Shown: piece after piece, positions 13,453-25,735 of the stretch
Position numbering within the stretch: position 1 is the first letter of the stretch
How the letters are laid out: each line of letters begins with the position of its first letter
Assembly (NCBI GenBank): GCA_964016885.1
Contig: OZ024744.1
Span: 62,620,001 to 62,684,000 of the forward strand
Length of the DNA: 64,000 nt
Direction of reading: 5' to 3'
Source of the DNA: Eledone cirrhosa
Taxonomy: Eukaryota
Notes under the pieces: model-generated
Databases searched by the model: none
The model's input: the letters and a program-made list of their open reading frames with translations, nothing else
What the model was told of the DNA's origin: nothing
Position numbers and translations under genes: made by a program

Positions 13453-13732
13453 ATATAACACAGCAAAGAGAGACAAACACAGATATATAACTATATGCGT
13501 TCAAATGACAAGGGACAGAAACCGCCAGGGTGAAGAAAATACTGACTATAAATAGTACGGTTCACAGAACTCAATTAAAAGGATAAATCAAGATTTATCC
13601 TTCTGTCCTTTGTAATTTGAACGCATATAGTTATATATCTGTGTTTGTCTCTCTTTACTGTATTATAAGGCTCAGAAAATTGTTTTTCCTTGAGCTAATT
13701 TGCTTATAAGGGACTATTGTGAGTTTTTAACT
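13453..13732. mobile_element. Fold-back insert with 3' tail in (TA)n (PLE-end-like)
   Basis: Inverted arms of about 67 bp (13453-13520 / 13601-13668), GGATAAATC-aa-GATTTATCC hairpin at the junction, unpaired tail. Confidence 0.55.
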
Positions 13733-13784
13733 CTATATATATTATTGATATATATATATATATATGATATATATATATATATAT

Positions 13785-16170
13785 ATCATCATCATCATCA
13801 TCATTTTACGTCCGCTCTTCCCTGCTTGCAAGGGTGGGACGGGTCTTATTCAGCACAGCATCTCTCCACTTGTCACGGTCCTTCGTCATCTCCACCGTGA
13901 GCTTCAGCGATCTGAGGTCTGTTCTCACCACCTCCGCCCATGTTTTTCATGGTCTACCTCTACCATGTCTTCCTACAACTGGCATTTCCTGGCACTTCTT
14001 CACCCATCAGTCATCCTCAATGCGTATCACATGTCCATACCACCTCAGTCTCCTCTCCCGTACACTACATTCTATCCCTCTCAGACACAGTTTCTCTCTC
14101 AACACATTCATGCTGGGTCGTTCACGCACATTGACACTGCACATCCAACAGAGTATGCTTGTCTCATTTCTCTCCAACCGTCGCATATCCTCTGCAGTTG
14201 CTATCCATGTCTCACTACCATGCAGCATCGTGCTCCTCACACAGGCGTCATATAACAGGCCTCTCGTACGCAGGGAGAAACCTTTCTTCGTCAGCAGAGG
14301 AAGCAGCTCCCTAAACTTCTTCCAACCCGTCCATATTCTAGATACTGTGGCCTCGGAAACCCCCCCCCCTCCCTCCTCCCATGCTAATCTGATCTCCTAG
14401 GTACCGGAAGCTATCCACCACTTCTATAGCATTGGCCTGCATTTGAAAAATGTGTCTATCAATGTGACTTCTACTGTCTAATTTCCCTGTACATCTACTG
14501 CATACGTATTTCTCCCTACCTGTTAGTTTGCCTGCTATCCCACTACATCTCTTGTGTACCCAGGATCTGCATTGTGTGCATTTTATAGAATTTATGCCAG
14601 TTCCTTTTCTGCATACCGAACATGGCCATTTCCCTGATGGAATCAGAGTTTTGTCCTCTTTTCTACTCATCAACACTTTTGTCTTAGTTAGGTTCACTCT
14701 CAGTCCTCTTGCTTCCAACTGCTGTTTCCATAGCCAGAATTTATTCTCTAGCTCCTCTACTGATTCTGCTATAAAAACCAGATCGTCAGCATAGAGAAGT
14801 TCCCATGGACAGCCAATCTTAAACTCCTCTGTTATGGCTTCGAGGACTATAATGAACAAGAGCGGGCTGAGGACCGAACCTTGATGTACTCCTACTTGTA
14901 TCTGGAATTCCTCACTAAACTCCATTCCTACCCTGACTTTACTGACAGTACCTCTGTACAAAGTTTGCACTGTCCTCACAAGCCATTCCTCAACACCTAG
15001 TTTCCTTAGGATCACCAGATGACAGATCGGGGTACCCTATCAAAGGCCTTCTCTAGGTCAACAAAGGCTAAGTATAATGGCTTATTTTTCTCTAAGAACC
15101 TCTCTTGCAATTGTCTCACCAAGAAGAGGGCATCTGTTGTACTCTTCCCAGGCATAAAACCAAACTGCATCTCATCTAGTTTGACCCTTTCTCTAATTAG
15201 TTGTGCTAATATCCTTTCTGCCATTTTCATAACCTGATCCATCAGTTTTATACCCTTATAATTGCTCCTCTCCAGAGCATCCCCTTTACCTTTGTAGCAA
15301 TTTATGAGAATACTGCTGCACCAGTCTTTGGGTATGATACCACCATATATAGCCTGATTGATGATGCGTGCAACCAGTTTAGTGCCTACATCCCCTGATG
15401 CCTTCAGCATCTCAGCCACTATTCCCGAAGGTCCAGAAGCCTTACCATTTTTCATTTCCTTAATCGCCTCTTTGACCCTATATTCGTCAATCTCAATAGC
15501 TGGTCCCTCTGTTGGATCTACTGAGGGTAATTTCTCTCTCTCCCATACGTTCTCCACATTCATCAGTCTCTCATAATGACATTTCCAGGCCTCCTTTTTC
15601 TGATCATTCGTGACACTAAGTACACCGGCATCATTCCGGACACATTTATTTCCAACAACATCCTGATTTGCATTGACACACTGCCTTGCAATGTGGAACA
15701 CAGCACGCCTCTGATCTTCCCGTCGCAGAACATTGGCAAACCTTCTACTCTCAGCCTCCCTGCGTGCTAAGTACACCTGACGTCTAGCTTCTCGCTTAGC
15801 GGCTGTATATTCTTCCATACTCCCACCCTTTTTCCAAGCCTTCCATGCTAGTATTTTGTCTCTAATGGCCTTATCTACTGTGCTGTTCCACCACCAGGTC
15901 ACTGCTCCAGTCACAAGTTTCATCAGTAGCCTGAGGTAAGTTGTCACTTAAGAAATTCCAGTTATTATCTATGTCATATGTCTCTAAATCGTCTTCTTTT
16001 TCGTCATACACATCTTGAAGGGCTTTCCTAAATTTGTATTTTAGTGAAAGGTCTTTTAGCTTTCAGACCTTTCTTCTCCACACCTTCCTGTATGTCTCAT
16101 TCTTTCTCTTGCTTACTGAGATATCATTAACGACGAACCTATGCTGTGGGGGTACATTCTTCCCCCAGGG
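13785..16170 (-). mobile_element. RTE-clade LINE, 5'-truncated, disrupted
   Basis: ORFs 15012-15947 and 14338-15015 with full RT motifs and Cys/His insertion; (GAT)n tail. Confidence 0.95.
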
Positions 16171-16183
16171 TATGCCAATATAT

Positions 16184-16222
<39 letters not shown>

Positions 16223-16235
16223 GATATATATATAT

Positions 16236-16310
16236 AATTCAAGAGATAAGAGTAACATGGTTGCCTGTACAATAAGAGCTTTATTCACGGTGCTGACAAT
16301 TGTTTCTTTG
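16236..16310 (-). mobile_element. Short PLE-end insert with hammerhead 3' half
   Basis: Minus strand GAAAC-aatt-GTC-agcac then AATAAA; (TA)n both sides. Confidence 0.5.
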
Positions 16311-16330
16311 TATATATATATATGATATAT

Positions 16331-16610
16331 GGAAGATGACCTAAGGTCTAGGAGGCCATCAACAGTGGCCATACAAGAGAACATTGACCTTGTCATTTCG
16401 TCAAAGAGCAAACATGTCAGGCATCTTCGAGGAGTAAGCCAATAATATTCTAAAGAACAAGTTTGCTTTGAGAAAAGATGTCTGCACGCTAGGCTCCATG
16501 TCTTTTGAGTGAGAAACAAAAGCACACTCGTCCTCGTCACACCATGTCCTCCAACAATTTAGAACCTTTTGTAGCTGATCTGGAAGATTTCATGGCACAA
16601 TTTGTAACCA
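16331..16610 (+). mobile_element. Inverted partial copy of the neighbouring mariner
   Basis: Reverse complement of about 17970-18282 with an internal deletion of about 30 bp. Confidence 0.8.
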
Positions 16611-16625
16611 TATATATGATATATA

Positions 16626-16900
16626 TCATCATCACCGTTTTGCGTCCGTTCTTCCACGCTAGCATGGGTTAGATGGGTTGTCCTGTTGTGGGCAGTGTCT
16701 GGTCGGCTGACCATGTCTTGCTCACACAGGAACTGATCTGGCTTGATTTCTACAGCTGGATGCCCTTCCTAACACCAACCTCATTTACAGTGAATGCTGG
16801 GTGCTTTTTCGTGGCGCCTACACGTCCACTTTACAGTGTGGGCTGGGTGCTTTTTTGCCGTGGCACCTCCACGACCACCTTGCGGTGGGGGGTGTGGCGG
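16626..16900 (-). mobile_element. RTE 3'UTR fragment
   Basis: Matches the 3'UTR at 55900-56180 on the opposite strand. Confidence 0.85.
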
Positions 16901-16979
16901 CATATATATATATAATTGTTTCTACTTTTGGCACAAGGCCAGCAATTAGCCAGTACATTACTGGTACTTTATTTTATCG

Positions 16980-17325
16980 AATAAAATAAAACAAAGATGA
17001 GTGGTTACTCCTTCATTATGTTTATTTGTTGGTGACGTGCGTTTCACCACTGATCAGCTCAAGGTTCGATATGTATCAATCTAGCCCGACTCTGTAATCC
17101 ACAGTTCGTCAGACGCCTTTTAATTACTATTAAAAGGGGTCTGATCAGGGGCAAAATGCGCATCACCAACCAATAAACATTATGAAGGAGTAACCACTCG
17201 TCCTTGTTTTATTTTATTATACTACACTCTGTCTAGCTCTACACCTTGATACAGAAGTGAACCTAAACATCCAGTGTTCACCTAGGTCAACCTACAGTAA
17301 CTCCACATTACACTCCCTGGATATT
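16980..17325. mobile_element. Fold-back PLE-end insert (hammerhead 3' half, internal hairpins, tail)
   Basis: Inverted arms of about 78 bp (16980-17057 / 17140-17217); left arm on minus reads GAAAC-gcac-GTC-acc; AATAAA follows in the right arm. Confidence 0.65.
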
Positions 17326-17355
17326 TATATATATATATGATGACATATATAAATA

Positions 17356-18470
17356 AGGGGCAACTGATAAGTTTTGAGCCTCTAAGAAACAGTAGCATAT
17401 ACACATATTTTCTTGTTTTATTTTTCAACATAGTCTCGCTTTGAGTCCACACTTCTTCCACTGGTGCTAAAGTGCCTGAATCCTGCTGAAGTAGAACTCC
17501 TTAGTTTGGTCCTCCATCTATGATGTCACCATCTGTGGCATAGTCTTGTCCGGCCATATTCTTTTACCTGTTTGGGAACAGGTGGAAGTGAGAGGGTGAG
17601 AGGTCTAGCATGTATGGTGGATGAGGGACGAGTTTGAACCCACAGTCACAAATTGTTGCTATTTCCACCACTGAGGTGTTGGCAGGAGCATTGTCATGAT
17701 GGAACAAGACCCCTTTAGTCTGGCCTCTTCTTCTTGATGTTCTCATGCAGATGTTTAAGCAAGTTGGTGTAGTATTGTCCAGTAATGGTGTGGCCCTATT
17801 GGAGATAATCCACCAACAACATTCCTTGTGCATCCCAGAAAATGGTAGCCATAACCTTTCTTGCTGATGGTGTGACCTTGTCCTTCTTTGGGGTGGGTTA
17901 TGATGGGTGCTTCCACTATTTAAACTGCTCTTTTGCTTCAGGTTGGTAGTGATGGAACCAGGTCTCACCCATGGTTACAAATTGTGCCATGAAATCTTCC
18001 AGATCAGCTACAAAAGGTTCTAAATTGTTGGAGGACATGGTGTGACGAGGACGAGTGTGCTTTTGTTTCTCACTCAAAAGACATGGAACCTAGCATGCAG
18101 ACATCTTTTCTCAAAGCAAACTTGTTCTTTAGAATATTATTGGCTTACTCCTCGAAGATGCCTGACATGTTTGCTCACTGACGAAATGACAGTTGTAAAC
18201 CTCCATCACCATCCAAAAGACAAGGTCAATGTTCTCTTGTATGGCCACTGTTGATGGCCTCCTAGACCTTAGGCCATCTTCCACAACTTCCTTGCTCCAC
18301 TTGAATTCATTCACCCAGCATTGAATTCATTGATCATGGCATATGACAGGGAATCTCCCTTAATGTATCTTGCATGTTCTTATGGATCTCAGCTTGGGTC
18401 ATACCTTCCAACTGCAGATACTTGATCATTGCTCGATACTTGAATTTACATTTTTCAAAAAATGCCTCTG
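17356..18470 (-). mobile_element. Mariner transposon remnant (transposase pseudogene)
   Basis: VLFHHDNAPA and HPPYMLDLSPSHFHLF (YSPDLAPSD-like); another frame gives KVMATIFWD; frameshifted. Confidence 0.9.
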
Positions 18471-18473
18471 TAC

Positions 18474-21046
18474 ATCATCATCATCGTTTAACGTCTATCT
18501 TCCACGCTTGCATGGGTTTAGACGGGAATTGTCCCACTTGAGGCAAGATTGGTTGTCTTGTTCGTATAGGACTGTCTGGCAGGTTTACTATGGCTGGATG
18601 CCCTTCCTAACACCAACCACGTTTACAGTGTGGACTGGGAGGTTTTTACCGTGTTACCTACACGGCCACATTACAGCGTGGACTGTCGTGACACCTACAC
18701 GACCTCATTTGTTTCGGACTGGATGTTGTGGTACCAACAAAACTTTACAGTTGATGGGGGTGGGGGTGGGGGTAGGGATAGTGGGAGGAGTGTGTATATT
18801 TGATTAAGAGGTGCCTACTGACTGTAGGTTTCACTTTGTACTTAGGCAAGGTGGATTTTCTGTATTACTGTGTAGCACCAAAGATCTCGGTCCAGTGACA
18901 TTGTCTTGGAGAGGTGTAAGTGTGTAAGGTCGGAATTTATCAAATCTTCCCAGGTTTTTCTGGGTCTGCCTACTCTGTAACTTCCATCAATTTTGATCGC
19001 CCTGCACTTTTTTATACAGCTGTCGTCTTTCATGCACATCACGTGACCGTACCAACGTAGTCTTCTCTCGAGTAAACAGCATCTGATCCCTCTTATTCCT
19101 AATTTCTCACTTAGTTCCTTTATGCTTTGCCGTTCACGTATATTACTATTACACATCCAGTGGAGCATGCATGCTTCATTCCTCTCCAGTCTGCGCAGAT
19201 CCTCTGCACACAATGCCCAGGTCCCACTGCCATGTAACATTGCTGTTCGTATACAGGCATCATACAGTCTGCCTTTCATTTTTAAAGAGAAATCTTTAGC
19301 GGCCAATAGTGGTATAAGCTCTCTGAACTTTTTCCATCCCGTTCTGACTGTGGCTACTGTACTTTCTGAGCACCCTCCACCACTTCTGATTTTGTTACCC
19401 AGGTAACGGAAGGTGTCCACTATTTCTATAGAGGCATCTGGGCAATAGAAGGAGCTAGTATCCTGTGGGCGCTTGCTAGTGATTGGACCTGAGCACTGGC
19501 CACATATAAAATCTACGTTCTTAGATAGCTTAGCTGTGATCCCACTACATCTTTTATGCACCCATACTTTGCATTTGGGACATAAAATGGAATTTCTGCC
19601 TACTCCTTTCCTATACACTGAGCATGGCCATTTCCCAGAGGGGATCTGTGCCCTATTTCCCTTCCTACAAACTAGAACTTTAGTCTTAGACAAGTTAACT
19701 TTAAGGCCTTTTGATTCTATTTTGATTCCATGTTTGGAATTTCTTTTCTAGTTCATCCATCGATTCAGCTATGAGCATTAGATCATTTGCATAGGGAAGT
19801 TCCCATGGGCAGCCAGTCTTGAACTCCTCTGTTATAGCCTGAAGGGCAATAATAAATAGGAGGGGGCTAAGGACAAAGCTCTGATGAACACCAACTTTTA
19901 CACTAAATTCTTCACTATATTCATTGTTAATTCTAACCTTACTGACTGTTTCTTTATACATGGCTTGTATAGCTCTCACAAGCCATTCATCAACCCTTTG
20001 TTTTCTAAGGGCCCACCAGATAATGGCGCAGGAGACTTTGTCAAATGCTTTCTCCAAGTCAACAAAAGCTAAGTATAGGGGTTTACTTTTAGCTAGGTAC
20101 TTCTCCTGTAGTTGTCGTTCAAGGAAAAGATCGTCTGTGGTACTTTTACCTGACACAAACCCAAACTGGATTTCGTCTAGATCAATTTTCTCTCTGATTA
20201 GTTGTGCTATAACTCTTTCTGTGACCTTAATGACCTGGTCAACTAACTTAGTGCCTCTATAGTTTCCCCTATCTAGAGCATCCCCTTTACCCTTGTAGTA
20301 GTTAATGATGCTGCTGCTACGCCAGTCATTTTGTATGACCCCGTTCTGTATGAATTGGTTTACTATCCGGGTGACCATGGTGTGTCCCACTCTTCCAGAT
20401 GCTTTCAGCATTTCTAGCAACTATATCCGAAGGCCCAGCTGCATTGCCTGTCTTCATATCTTTGATTGCCTTACTTATTATACTACCTTCAACTTGCACT
20501 GCTGGCCCCTCTATTGGATCGATGTAGAGTAGACTATCTTTGTCCCATTTATTCTCCTCATTTAGTAGCCTCTCGTAGTGACACTTCCAAGGTACCTTCT
20601 TATCAGTGTCAGTGATGGCAAGTACACCATCATCATTACGGACACACTTCTCCCCGACAATTTCACAGTTTTCCTTAACACATTGCCTAGCAATCCTGAA
20701 CACCTCATGTTTTTGGTCCTCGCGTTGTAGAACATGCTTGAACTTTCTTTCCTCTGCTTCCCTTCTTGCGAAGTACACTTGTCTCCTAGCTTCTCTCTTG
20801 GCCACTAGATAGTGTTCTCTACTTCCCCCATCCTTCTATACTTTCCAAGCCTGCTTTTTGGCCTTGATTGACTCCTCCACCTTACTGTTCCACCACCACG
20901 TTACTCTCCTCCTGCCTATAGGCCTGCCCCAGCGACAGATTTTATCTGTCGCCTTCAGCAGGTTAGCTTTCAGGAATTCCCACTGTTCCTCTATATTGCA
21001 CGTCTCTAATTGCTCTTCCTTATTGTCAAAAGCATCAAGTAATATA
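18474..21046 (-). mobile_element. RTE-clade LINE, second subfamily, disrupted
   Basis: ORFs 20326-20805, 19701-20420, 18842-19693 with RT motifs; 3'UTR and (GAT)n tail. Confidence 0.95.
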
Positions 21047-21792
21047 CATCAACTTTAAGAATCTGTGAAAAGAAATGAAAAAGTGTTTAGACCATGAAAC
21101 CTGACTAGCACTGTAAGAACAGATTTCACAGACAAGATTTCATTTGTATATCTATTTGTTTTCTGTGTGAGGATCAAAATCCCTCATGTATGTACATATA
21201 TATATATATATATGTATGTATGTAAAAGGTAAACAGAAATAACAACACAATCGGTACAGTATATGGAAGGGATATATTAGGTTAACGCTTGATATATATA
21301 TATAAGAGTGTTTTGCAAACACTACAATGATTTATATTAACAATAGGATGGTTGACTAAAATTGGGGATTTAACACCTTGAGACAGGAAAAGTAGGTAGA
21401 ATCCCCTACAGGTCAGTCTTCTGGCATTTCTCTGAAAATTTGCAGTATGAGAGTAAAGACTTCAATTTTTAATATGATGCCTCATAGTGTTGTTTGGATT
21501 TTTCAATAACGTTTTGCTAATATAGATTTCATGTGGTTTGTTAATTCAAATGTTTATAGCATCTTTACTAATGTGGATAGATTGTTGTAAAAATTTTCAG
21601 TATTAGGCTAAAGGCTTATAGTTTTAATGTGATGCAGTCATAGTGTTGTTTTGTACTTTTCAAGGATGTCTTGCCAATGTTAAGCTACTCATACCATCTC
21701 CCTTTATATATAACTTCTTTCCAGCACACCATCTTTGCAGAAATATCTCAAATAAACACAATTCGAAACACACCTTCAAACTACCATATACA

Positions 21793-21952
21793 CAGGGTGG
21801 GCCAAATGTCACTTCTTACCTACTTTTATTAATAAAACATTACAAATTAACTCAAAACTATTTTTTTTAATCCAAAAGAAAAAATATATATATTAATATT
21901 TTAAAAAATTTATGAATTTTTTAAATTAGGAATTGGCTTTTGGCCCACCCTG
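21793..21952. mobile_element. Tc1/mariner-type MITE
   Basis: TIRs CAGGGTGGGCCAAA / TTTGGCCCACCCTG. Confidence 0.75.
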
Positions 21953-22224
21953 AACTTGTGTATAAGTCACACAATCATTTTACATAAAACATATTCATCG
22001 TGTCATATAGTTCATAAACCGCATGCTGGTTTTCCGCACGGTGTTTCTGTGGCAATGGATGGGAACTATGCACAACTATAGACAGTTTATGTATAATAAG
22101 CTACATTCCTGTTTTATGTATATTTACAAAGCACAATGAATATAGTAAATCCATTAGATAAGTCAAATATTGTATTTCTGTGGGAAAAAAACATAACTTA
22201 TGAATATATGCAGTATATCATGAT

Positions 22225-22692
22225 CTTCATTGTCTATTTTTTCACACTTGCATGAGTTAGATAAGTTGTCACATTATGAAACAACTTAGGTCAAGTCACC
22301 TCGTCTTGCTCAAATGGATCTCCATTTTGGTTTGGTTTCTACAGCTGTATGCTCTTCCTAGTGACAACCATATTAGTGTAGATTGGGTGCTTTTTATTGT
22401 GGCACCAAAATGACCATCTAATAAAGTTTACAGGGTGGTGGATTGGGTACTTTTTGAGGTATCACCTGCACAACCACTTTACAGGGTGGCCTGGGCACTT
22501 TTTTGTTATGTCAACATCACAACCACCTTACAGAGTGAATACTTTTTTCTTGTGTCATCAACACAACCACCTTACAGGAGGGACTCATCATCATCATCAC
22601 CGTTTTATGTCCGTTCTTCCACGCCAGCATGGGTTAGACGGATTGTCCTGTTGTGAGCAGTGTCCGGTCGGCTGACCTTGTTTTGCTCACAC
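22225..22692 (-). mobile_element. RTE 3'UTR fragments (old copy with diverged units of about 45-48 bp, plus a younger 3' end)
   Basis: GCATGAGTTAGA, CTACAGCTG..CTTCCTA motifs and repeated CAACCAC(T)TTACAG units. Confidence 0.65.
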
Positions 22693-22702
22693 ATATATAT
22701 AT

Positions 22703-22985
22703 GTGTCTGATGGTAGCTAAGATGCTTCCATAGGCGGTATGCCAGTTGAGCACTCTATGCTCTTACAGAGCAGAGTATTATAGAATGGAAAACGAAAAAT
22801 CAGTGATGCATCTGAACTCAATTTATTCTGTGTTACAATTGTTTCGCTGGCGGACAGCTCGAGCATGCTCCGAAATCATTAGACGTGTCCGTCGAACCTG
22901 CGGGTCCAGAATCAGACAGATCCACAATTGTAACACACAATAAATTGAGTTCAGATGCATCACTGATTTTTCGTTTTCTATTATA
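22703..22985. mobile_element. Fold-back PLE-end insert (hammerhead 3' half, tail)
   Basis: Inverted arms about 22779-22842 / 22924-22985; minus strand GAAAC-aatt-GTA-acac then AATAAA; TA flanks. Confidence 0.65.
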
Positions 22986-22999
22986 TATATATATATATA

Positions 23000-24610
23000 T
23001 CATCATTACCATCATCATCATCACCTTATTACATCCATTTTTCCATGCTAGCATGGGTTAGATGAGTTGTCCTGTTGTAGGCAATGCTAGGTCAAGTAAC
23101 CATGTCTTGCTCATACAGAACCGATTTTGGATTGGTTTCTACAGCTGAATGCCCTTCTTAATGTCAACTCATTTACAGTGAGTACTGGGTGTTTTTTGTT
23201 GTGACACCTACACAACCACTTTACAATGTGGGCTAGGTGTTTTTTGCTGTGACACCTACACAACCACTTTACAATGTGGGCTAGGTGTTTTTTGCTGTGA
23301 CACCTACACAACCACTTTACAATGTCGGCTAGGTGTTTTTTGCTGTGACACCTACACAACCACTTTACAATGTGGGCTAGGTGTTTTTTGTTGTGACACC
23401 TACACAACCACTTTACAATATGGGCTAGGTGTTTTTTGCTGTGAGACCTACACAACCACTTTACAATGTGGGCTAGGTGTTTTTTGTTGTGACACCTACA
23501 CAACCACTTTACAATATGGGCTAGGTGTTTTTTGTTGTGACACCTACACAACCACTTTACAATGTGGGCTAGGTGTTTTTTGCTGTGACACCTACACAAC
23601 CACTTTACAATGTGGGCTAGGTGTTTTTTGCTGTGACACCTACACAACCACTTTACAATGTGGGCTAGGTGTTTTTTGCTGTGACACCTACACAACCACT
23701 TTACAATGTCGGCTAGGTGTTTTTTGCTGTGACACCTACACAACCACTTTACAATGTGGGCTAGGTGTTTTTTGCTGTGACACCTACACAACCACTTTAC
23801 AATGTCGGCTAGGTGTTTTTTGCTGTGAGACCTACACAACCACTTTACAATGTGGGCTAGGTGTTTTTTGCTGTGACACCTACACAACCACTTTACAATG
23901 TGGGCTAGATGTTTTTTGTTGTGACACCTACACAACCACTTTACAATGTGGGCTAGGTGTTTTTTGCTGTGACACCTACACAACCACTTTACAATGTGGG
24001 CTAGGTGTTTTTTGTTGTGACACCTACACAACCACTTTACAATGTGGGCTAGGTGTTTTTTGCTGTGACACCTACACAACCACTTTACAATGTGGGCTAG
24101 GTGTTTTTTGTTGTGACACCTACACAACCACTTTACAATGTGGGCTAGGTGTTTTTTGCTGTGACACCTACACAACCACTTTACAATGTGGGCTAGGTGT
24201 TTTTTGTTGTGACACCTACACAACCACTTTACAATGTGGGCTAGGTGTTTTTTGCTGTGACACCTACACAACCACTTTACAATGTGGGCTAGGTGTTTTT
24301 TGTTGTGACACCTACACAACCACTTTACAATGTGGGCTAGGTGTTTTTTGCTGTGACACCTACACAACCACTTTACAATGTGGGCTAGGTGTTTTTTGTT
24401 GTGACACCTACACAACCACTTTACAGTGGGAAGGTGGAGCGTACTATATATATGCTTCAGCTACGGCCTGTGCCTGTGAGAAGTCGGGGCTTCTGTATTA
24501 CTGCGTAACACCAGAGATCTTGGTCCTGTGTCATCGCCTTTGAGAGGTGCAATTGGGCAAGGTCAGCTTTTATCACCTCATCCCAAGTCTCCCTGGGTCC
24601 CCCCACTCCA
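23000..24610 (-). mobile_element. RTE 3' fragment whose 3'UTR contains an expanded minisatellite
   Basis: ORF end at 24480-24610 (TWDEVIKADLAQLHLSK) on one side; 3'UTR and (GAT)n on the other. Confidence 0.85.
23185..24428. repeat. 48-bp minisatellite, about 26 copies
   Basis: Unit GGCTAGGTGTTTTTTGYTGTGACACCTACACAACCACTTTACAATGTG; gives the 16-aa repeat ORF 23111-24415. Confidence 0.95.
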
Positions 24611-25224
24611 TTTTAATTACAATATATAACATTTTTTTAGCTTTTATAAGTCCAGTAGATATGTCGTATGTTTTTCATATCATATGTTTGTGGATAATTA
24701 GTGTAACATTAACATGAATATGTTCTGAAAGTTTTTTCTTATTGTATCCTCACTATTAACAAACACTGACCTTGAACACAATAATGAATAATAAATGAAG
24801 TCATTTACGGTGATCTCAATTATCCAACAACAGGTAATTGGCCTTATAGACATTAGAGAGAAAATCAATAATATGGAATTATTAATAATTTTTCCCCAAA
24901 CCATTAAAATAGTGAAATAAGATCAATAATATTGGTTACTGTGATTAGCTGTATGTATCTGGTGTAGAATAGGTACACTGTATCCCTGAATTGTGTGAGA
25001 GGTTGGTGTCAGGAAGGATATCTGACTGTGAAATATTGCCTCAAAAGGGCTCTGAGATGAGAATGGAGCCTGTCATGGGTCTCTAATGTTAGCCCCCTGC
25101 TTTAACAGGAAAAGGGACTTAGATCACTTGTTGTATTGTGCTTCACTATGATTAGGGTCTTAAATTATCAGGGGAGAGAAAATTGATGTTGTCATGTTCA
25201 TGTCATTGACAAAAGCATCAAGAC

Positions 25225-25520
25225 TTCCAGGGCTTGCCAAGACTGTCCTGCAGGGAACAGTACAAGAAGGGAGGGAGAGAGGCAGACAAAGAGATGGGAG
25301 GACAACATCCCGGAATGGACAGGCATGAATCTGGGTGCAATCATGAAGAGGGTGGAGAGGTGAGAGCATGGATAAAACCCATGGGCTTGGCTGGTCACAC
25401 TTGGGGATCCAGCCGGATCAGTTGGAGAAGGTTGCTTCTGACAGGACCCACTAGAGGGAGTGTTTGAGGACTCTGCCCCCACGACCCTCTCAGGAAGGAG
25501 GAGGAGGAGGAGGAGGAGAA
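25225..25520 (+). mobile_element. Two old RTE 3' fragments (BovB-like, then Rex3/Expander-like)
   Basis: LAKTVLQGTVQEGRERGRQ; then LGIQPDQLEKVASDRTH..LRTLPPRPSQE with (GAG)n tail; second part related to 40790-41180 and 52255-52520. Confidence 0.6.
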
Positions 25521-25544
25521 GACATGATTAAGTTGATGTTTAGG

Positions 25545-25735
25545 ATAGTGGATTAGCAGAGTTATATAGCATCAGACGACTATTTATGTTGTGAGTTCAA
25601 ATCCCTCTGAGATCAACTTTGCCTTTCATCCTTTCAAAGTCGATGAAATAAAATACCAGTCAAGTACTGGAGTTGATTTAATTCACTTATTCTTCCTCAA
25701 AATTACTGGTCTTGTGCTTAATTTAAAAATCGTTA
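25545..25735 (+). mobile_element. tRNA-derived CORE-type SINE (old)
   Basis: B box GAGTTCAAATCC followed by AACTTTGCCTTTCATCC..GATGAAATAAAATACCAG. Confidence 0.7.

Noticed and set aside
21047-22060. Minus-strand micro-exon candidates (acceptors near 21063 and 22047)
   Set aside because: Acceptors are plausible but the donors (GTATAT, GTTTAT) are weak; not supportable without RNA data.
23111-24415. 434-aa Cys/His repeat ORF, or a CRISPR-like array
   Set aside because: Head-to-tail 48-bp units with no unique spacers; derived from an RTE 3'UTR; the frame is open because the unit is a multiple of 3.
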